NCBI GenBank assembly: GCA_009914755.4
Contig: CP086569.2
Coordinates: 7,360,001 to 7,424,000, forward strand
Length of the DNA: 64,000 bases
Source: the human T2T-CHM13v2.0 reference genome, Homo sapiens
Direction of reading: 5' to 3'
In this document: in pieces, positions 54,439 through 64,000 of the stretch
How positions within the stretch are numbered: position 1 is the stretch's first letter
Layout: every line of letters begins with the position of its first letter
Program-made: the position numbers and the translations under genes
Notes under the pieces: generated by a model
Seen by the model: the letters and a program-made list of their open reading frames with translations, nothing else
What the model was told of the DNA's origin: nothing
Databases searched by the model: none

Positions 54439-55611
54439 CAGAACTTCTTTGTCATTACAAACAGTCCTCATTTCTTTAACATCTTATATGTAGAACTTGA
54501 GACAAAGTTGAATATAGCAAGTAAAAAACCACACACACATTAAATAAGTGACATCATATGTCAAACATATGAAAGTAGATTTAAACACTGAGCACTTGTA
54601 CACAAGCCTTTCCTATCTGCAAGGAAGGAGAGAGCAAAGAGCCCATGTGCCCATGTGCCAGAGAAATTCAAATGTCAACACAACTGGTCACAGATGTCAG
54701 TGTTGTTTCTAAACATGATAAAATACCACCTATTCTGTGTCGGGTTGACCTCATTACTCACACATAAACATCAACTGTAATGCAAACTGTGTGCAAACTC
54801 AGAGACACACTTGGAGATCTTCACTCACCACCACCCTAGTGTCTGCCAAGGGTTGTGTAGTTATTCTCCAAGCAGGGGAAGGGTTGGAGGGAAAAGCAAG
54901 GGCCTCAAACTCAAAGGCCTATGGGCAATCTATAAAAGATTCTTTTTAAAACCAAAGTACATAATCTAGACATTTTTTTCTCATATAAAAGATAGAGGAA
55001 TGTCCACCAAGAAATATGTTCTCCTCTAATTTTCTTCAAATACAGAGTGCTGTCAGATTCCCTTTCACAGTCTCACTACTGAGAGCAATGTGGTTGCAGA
55101 GAGACTTGTCTCTGCCGTGAGAAAATCACGCAAGCAGATAATACATGGTGAGTGCTATGTTGCTACCATGCTGAGGACACAATGAGATACGTGGAAACCA
55201 TGGTAAACTAGGCAGTTTATATCCCAAACATTACTAGAAATTCCAGGCCAGAGTTGCCAAATCTTACAATTTTTCAAAAGAAGCCTTTAAATTGTGTTTA
55301 TATGTAGCTCATAACTGTCAGGTTTTTGCTCCAAACAATATTTTCTTCATGTTATGTGGGCCAACAGCTTTCAGATTGAACTTGACCTCTCAACCACCAG
55401 TCTGTGGTCTCTGAGTTACATACACAAGCTCCAATGTGAGTGACAGAAGGCTGAACACCAGGCCGTAAGTAACAGTGAACAGATTATCTAATTGTATCAT
55501 GATCAAAATAATGAACCCATAAGCCCAATGCAATATGCATTCATTGTAATGACTCAGTAGATTGCTACCTTCGGAGGTCCTCACTACCCTTAAAGACGAT
55601 GTCTGACCCGC

Positions 55612-55904
55612 ACCATTTTTTTTCTTTTGAGACAGAATGTCACTCTGTTGCCCAGGCTGGAGTGCAACGGCATGATCTCAGCTGACTGCAGCCTTCCAGG
55701 CTCAAGCAATCCTCCCATCTCACCCTCCTGAGTAGCTGGGACTATAGGTGTGCACCACCACACCTGGCTAATATTTATATTTTTTGTAGAGATGGGGTTT
55801 TGACATGTTGCCCAGGCTGGTCTCAAATTCCCAGGCTCAAGTGATCCTCTAGCCTTGTCTTCCCAATGTTCTAGGATTACAGGTGTGAGCCACCATGCCC
55901 AGCC
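55612..55904 (-). mobile_element. Alu SINE, minus orientation
   Basis: TTTTTTTTCTTTTGAGACAGAATGTCACTCTGTTGCCCAGGCTGGAGTGCAACGGCATGATCTCAGCTGACTGCAGCCTTCCAGGCTCAAGCAATCCTCCCATCTCACCCTCCTGAGTAGCTGGGACTATAGGTGTGCACCACCACACCTGGCTAATATTT ... CCCAATGTTCTAGGATTACAGGTGTGAGCCACCATGCCCAGCC. Confidence 0.95.
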
Positions 55905-58592
55905 TTGTCTGACACATTTAAACAGCCCCTCACTCCACTGTCACAGTGGTGAGACTTAATCCTTTCCTAAAACATTAAAATAACATTTTTGTAACAAGTA
56001 CTGCTAATGCTTATGAGTGCTTTAAGTATTGATAATTATCATTGGCAAAAGAGATAACCCTCAAGATATTGACAAGTGCCAAGCAGCAAGTTGGATATGT
56101 ATTTTGGCCTCATGGGAAGATCTAAAATGAGGCCACCAAAAAACAACTGCCTGTCAGAAAACTTTCATAAAGTATACTTCTAAAAAGTAAATATGTGACT
56201 AAAAACTATCATATACATCACAGTTTAAATAATAAACACCTAATAAATCCCATTTCGGCTCATAAATCCCTGAGACACCTTCAAAGACCATGAGTTTAAA
56301 CAATGTTTTCTTTTTCCCAGGACATTAGGGAGTTATGAAAAGGAAAGAGAATGTGCAGTTCATCAATAGGGTTATTTTTGCTTCATTTAGAAATAATCAA
56401 AAGAAATGGTGACAAACAAAAACAGATTACTAGGCACTTCTCCAACCAGGCAAAAAAATCCTACATGTCAGTTGACAGAAACAAATTCTCTATCTCTGGG
56501 AAACAGGAAGGAATTTTAAGATTTTTTTTTTCCCAAAGCAATACCAAGCTCGAATAGAATAATCAGAACAGCTATTTTTAAAAAAGTATTAGGGGGAGAA
56601 ATTAGCAATAGATCTGAAAAAGATTTGTCAATGAAAGAAAAAGAAGGCTATGCCTAGTTTCATTAGCTTATGTATAACAATGACAATAAAGATCTCCCTT
56701 ATTCATTCATCTGCGTGAATGCTGACCACATATGAGGGATTCAAGGTGCTGCCCTCAAGTCTAGATCCTGCCCTCAAGTCTTGACAGACTGTATATAAAC
56801 AGAAGTGCTATAAGAATTCAATTGTTTCCAGTGTTAAGGATCAGGGGAAAATGTAAGGAGCAAGGCACATGTGAGCTTAATCTTTGAGGCTATATGGAAG
56901 TTAGTCATGAGACAATGGATAAAAGGACATTTTAGGCATGAGAACAGAAATTACTGAAGATCTGGATTGAGAAATGCATGAGTTATATGATAGAAATAAT
57001 AAATAGATCAGTTAGGCAAAAGGTGTGTGAAGATGCATGTTGCCTGTAACTCAGCAGGGGCTGTAATGATGAGCGTAGGGAATGTGTGGGTGAATCCACT
57101 GTTAGAATGAGTGTGTGCTTGTGGGCTCTGCAGTGACCAGGGCAGAATTGTGGGAAACACAGTTAGTGAGAAAGGATGGGAGTCGCCTTAACTGTGAAGA
57201 AAGAAGAGTCACAGGTGGCCTTAGAGTGAAAGATTCTGGGAAGCTTAAGCAGGCAGCATTGTGTATGATGTAGGAAGAAAGAAAGAATATTAGAACAGCA
57301 GGTGTGAGAACTGTGCTGAGATTTTTGTCTAATGGAGTGGGTGGGTAGAAGAGAGGTATTTCTTGTTCCTGCAATTGGTGGTAGTTGTGGGCAGGGTAAT
57401 AACCTGCACCTCCCCAAAGATGGTCCCAGAACAATAGGGAAAGATTTCCCACAATTTTATGAACCCTCTTTGCAAAATGAACAAAATCTACACAAATACA
57501 ATGAGACTGCGGGAGTTAAACGTTTCCCCTATAACGAAACTTAAGAAATACTTAAGGAGGTCCATCTCAAGATGGCCAAATAGGACAGCTCCAGTCTGCA
57601 GGTCCCAGTGTGATCAGTGCAGAAGATGGATGATTTCTGCATTTCCAACTCTGAGGTACCTGGTTCATATCACTGGGACTAGTTGGACAGTGGGTGCAGC
57701 CCCTGGAGGGTGAGTTGAAGCAGGGCAGGGAGTCACCTCGCCCAAAAAGCAATAGGGGATAGGGGATTTCCCTTTCCTAGACAAGGGAAGCCATAACAGA
57801 CTGTACTTAGAAAAACAGGACACTCCTACCCAAATACTGCACTTTTTCCATGGTCTTAGCAAGAGGCAGACCAGGAGATTCTCTCCTGTGTCTGGCTTGG
57901 TGGTCCCACACACATGGAGCCATGCTCACTGCTAGGGCAGCAGTCTGAGATCTACCTGCGAGGCTGCAGCCTGGCAAGGGGAGGGGTGTCCACTATTCCT
58001 GAGGCTTGAGTAGGTAAACAAAGCAGCAGGGAAGCTTGAACTGGGTGGAGCCCATAGCAAATCAGCAAGGCATACTGCCTCTATAGACCCCACATCTGTA
58101 GGCAGGGCATAGCTGAACAAAAGGCAGCAGAAACTTCTGCAGACTTAAATGTCCCTGTCTGCTAGCTCTGAAGAGGGCAGTGGTTCTCCCAGCAGGGCGT
58201 TTGAACTCTGAGAATGGACAGACTGCCTCCTTAACTGGGACCCTAACCCCCATCTAGCCTGACTGGGAGACACCTCCCAGTAGGGGCCAACAGACATCTC
58301 GTACAGGCAAGTTCCCCTCTGGGACAAAGCTTTCAGAAGAAAGAACAGGCGGCAATATTTGCTGTTCTGCAATATTTGCTGTTCTGCAGCCTCTGCTGGT
58401 GATACCCAAGCTAACAGCATTTGGAGAGGACCTCCAGCAAACTCCAACTGACCAGCAGCTGAGAGGCCTCACTGCTAAAAGGAAAACTAACAAACAGAAA
58501 GGAATAACTTCAACAACAAAAATGACATCCACACAAAAACCCCATCTGTAGGTCACCAACATCAAAGACCAAAGCTAGATAAAACCACAAAG

Positions 58593-58957
58593 ATGGGGAG
58601 AATCCAGAGTAGAAAAGCCGAAAATTCTAAAAATCAAAGTGCCTCATCTCCTCCAAATGATCGCAGCTCCTCACCAGCAATGGAACAATGCTGGATGGAG
58701 AAGGACTTTGACAAGTTGATAGAAGTAGGCTTCAGAAGGTCAGTAATAACAAGCTTCTCCGAGTGAAAGGAGCATGTTCTAACCCATTGCAAGGAGCTAA
58801 AAACCTTAAAAAAGGTGAGATGAATGGTTAACTAGAATAAACAGTGTAGAGAAGACCTTAAATAACCTGATGGAGCTGAAAAGCATTTCACAAGAACTTC
58901 ACGACACATGCACAAGCTTCAATATCCGATTCGATCAAGTGGAAGAAAGGATATCAG
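58593..58957 (+). pseudogene. L1 ORF1 remnant (first ~120 codons), ending at the internal deletion
   Basis: MGRIQSRKAENSKNQSASSPPNDRSSSPAMEQCWMEKDFDKLIEVGFRR... tracks L1 ORF1p (MGKKQNRKTGNSKTQSASPPPKERSSSPATEQSWMENDFDELREEGFRR...) with stops and frameshifts. Confidence 0.8.
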
Positions 58958-58960
58958 CAG

Positions 58961-61098
<2,138 letters not shown>

Positions 61099-63675
61099 AA
61101 CAATGAGAACTCTGGGACACAGAGCAGGGAACATCACATACCAGGGCCTGTCAAGGTGTGAGGGCTGGGGAGGGATAGCATTAGGAGAAATACCTAATGT
61201 AAATGATGAGGTGATGTGTGTAGCAAACCAACATGGCACATGTGTACCTGTGTAACAAACCTGCAGGTGGTGCATCTGTACCCTAGAACTTAAAGTATAA
61301 TAAATAAATAAATATTAAATTTCTTGATCTCAAAAAAAGAAAGAAATACTTAAGGAAAAATAGGCAAGTATGCAAATCCTAGTGAGTCTTTAAATGAATT
61401 TCAAGCACCTCACTATAGGGTCCTCCAAGGGAGTTGTAAATTAGGAAGCACAAAAAGGAGAAGAATTTACACACTGCTGATTCATTGTCCTTTCTTCTGA
61501 TGTTCCCTTCCCCTTCCACCAGAAAACACTCAGCACTTCTGTGGAAAAGGTTTGGTATCTCTGAGAACATTCTGAACATGTCAGGGGAGATGTGCAAATG
61601 ATAACCCCATCACACACTCCCTCAGGGAGCTGTACATGCCTACTGGGGACATGTTACCAGGGACATCACTATCTGATCCTACTATTTATTCTAGAGAAAT
61701 CATCCTGGCTCCCTGCTTATGGTCAGGGCCAGCTCTCTGGGAGACAAACCACCTGCCACTGTGCACTACAAGGAGTGCACTGTTAACCTTAAAGGCCAAG
61801 GGGAAAACAGGCAAACTTTGCCTCAGTGCTCCCTGTATATTGGAGCTGTGAAGGAATTTCAATCCCCAGAGAGCTGGGATACAGAAAAGAAGAGAGCAGC
61901 CACATGGAATGGGAGCTGCGTAAGGGTCCTGCTTTCTCTGGAATCGTGCAAGGCTCTCCTTTACATTGACAGATGTAGAAAGATCTAGTATTAGTAGTGA
62001 TGCATAATTAATAATATTTTATTGCAAATATAACACTGAATAAAAGCAGTCTGCCTGATATTTACTGGTTCAGAAAAGTCACACATCTCCAAACAAAAAT
62101 AGCAATAATAGCTACATAGGAATGGTCTTCATAAGACTCTCATGGGGCCTGTCCAGTTAGGTTACAAAAAGTCTCTTCTCTGTGCATGTAATGCACATGT
62201 TACATGTTAAAATTTGCTGATTGTTTTCTTCTTTTCCAAATCATCCCACCTATGCCCCCAACTGAGTTAGGTGATAGACATGTTCTGTATCTGTACAGTC
62301 CAGTAAAATAGCCACTACACACATTTTGCTACTGAGCACCTGAAACGCAGCCACTGCAACTGAAGAACTGAATTTTTAAACTTATTTAATTTTAACAATT
62401 TAAATGGCTTTACGTCGCTAATGGCTGTCTTACAGGAAAATACAGCTTAACTCAGTTCTCAAACTTTAATGTGTGTACAAATCATCTGGAACCTTGTTAA
62501 CGTGTAGACTCTGATTTGACAGGTCTGTGTGGGCCTGAGAGTCTGCAACTCTAAGAGCTCCCAGGAGATGCTGATGATGCTGGTCCATGGACCACACTTT
62601 GAGTAGCAAGATTCTGACTCTTTCAGGAGCCACCAGTTCCAGTGTGTCTCAAATACTGAGTGGATAAATTGTCTCCAAATTTTTCTGGTCACACAGCCTG
62701 CCAGAAAAAAAATTCCTGAATAGCACTGTACTAACATCTTACATGTGTTATAAAACAAAACACAAAACAGAATACTGTAAATATCAGAAATAATGAAATA
62801 AGCAATATTTTATAATGACGATCACAGTAAATTCATACTATTAATAGCTAATACCTCAAAGCAAAATACACACTTGAAATGAGATTCATTGTTAAAATAA
62901 TGGAATTATGATCCACTCTACAAAAAGTCTCCTTGATAATTCCAAATTTCTTTAAATCGGATCTGAATAGGTAGGCATTGGTGTTTTAATGTCCCACTGT
63001 GTCCCACAAAGCTCTTACAGATGGGTCAGTGTAGCCATTTCTACATGTGTGTACAAGAGACAGAGAAGGATTTTACATTTACATTTCTGGTATTCCCTGC
63101 TATCTGCAATCACTTTATAGAAATTTTTTAAAGCCATGTGTATATCTCATGAGAGTTAATTTAGCTAAAACTACAAAAAGCGATCCACCAATTCACCTCA
63201 CTGAGATCACATTCGAAAGTGCTTCCTTGAACCCAGCTCTTTTGCAGGCCCTCCTGCTCCATATAGCCCAGGTCACCTCTGATGTACACATCAAGCCAGA
63301 ACACCACCTTCAACCTAAATGTTAAATATTACGACAGTTCATCTGTCTCCTAATTTTTCAATAAAATATGTAAAAATTGACACCTCAGTTTTCCTTCAAC
63401 ACTAAATATGTCTACCCAACTTTGGTAACCACTGTCTAGATAGTACATAGAACATCCAGAATTATTATGAACATCTCAGATAAAATTTACCCTCAACCAT
63501 AATATTGAACATTATGTTCTCAAAAACACAAGGTGGAAATTCTTCTTAAATTAGTATGTTAATCTAACAACAATTTCAACAAAGTTTACCAGGAACTGAA
63601 GCAAATTACTGCAGGCTTTATATGGAAAAATCAATGTACAAAAGTTATCAAGATCCTGAAAAAGAATAGTGCCCT

Positions 63676-63978
63676 GGCCAGGTGCAGTAGGTGCAGTGGC
63701 TCATGCCTGTAATCCCAGCATTTTAGGAGGCTGCGGCAGGCAGATCATGAGGTCAGGAGATCGAGACCATCCTGGCCAATATGGTGAAACCCTGTGTCTA
63801 CTAAAAATACAAAAAATTAGCTGGGCATGGTGACAGATGTCTCTAATCCCAGCTACTCGGGAGACTGAGGCAGGACAATCTCTTAAACCAGGGAGTCAGG
63901 GGTTACAGTGAGCCGAGATCGTGCCACTGCACTCCAGCCTGAAGACAGAGCAAGACTCCATCTAAAAAAAAAAAAAAA
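63676..63978 (+). mobile_element. Alu SINE (AluY/S-like) with poly(A) and 8-bp TSD AGTGCCCT
   Basis: GGCCAGGTGCAGTAGGTGCAGTGGCTCATGCCTGTAATCCCAGCATTTTAGGAGGCTGCGGCAGGCAGATCATGAGGTCAGGAGATCGAGACCATCCTGGCCAATATGGTGAAACCCTGTGTCTACTAAAAATACAAAAAATTAGCTGGGCATGGTG ... GAGCAAGACTCCATCTAAAAAAAAAAAAAAA. AGTGCCCT is at 63668..63675 and again at 63979..63986. Confidence 0.95.
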
Positions 63979-64000
63979 GTGCCCTACTAGATGTTAATAT

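Overview
This window is primate nuclear genomic DNA, human or another catarrhine. It is not a prokaryotic or viral locus. The evidence for catarrhine origin is AluS/Y-type SINEs, a HERV-K (HML-2) LTR5 solo LTR and a HERV-9 LTR12. All of these are read directly from the sequence.

The window is AT-rich and strongly CpG-depleted, and I see no CpG island. I cannot defend a single protein-coding exon. Every long ORF in the six-frame track falls into one of two groups. The first is a decayed LINE-1 ORF1 or ORF2 remnant (784..1641-, 277..552-, 2290..2559-, 58908..59153+, 59269..59827+, 60546..61016+). The second is a short chance ORF in GC-richer non-coding DNA.

Recognisable interspersed repeats include:
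- two L1PA-type LINE-1 copies (one minus-strand and 5'-intact at 1..3942, one plus-strand and internally deleted at 57558..61340 with a perfect 15-bp target-site duplication), plus a third L1 3'UTR fragment;
- ten Alu elements, several with readable target-site duplications;
- a solo LTR5 with a 6-bp TSD and a solo LTR12;
- two MaLR-type LTR relics, several MIR cores and three copies of a palindromic MITE-like DNA-transposon family, plus one MER5A-like MITE;
- microsatellites ((CA)16, two long (CT)n tracts, (GTTTT)n, (GAAAA)n), a roughly 180-bp polypurine/G-run tract, and two larger two-copy tandem duplications (214 bp and 128 bp).

I found no evidence for a novel biological system. What is worth a second look is structural variation within and between the mobile elements.
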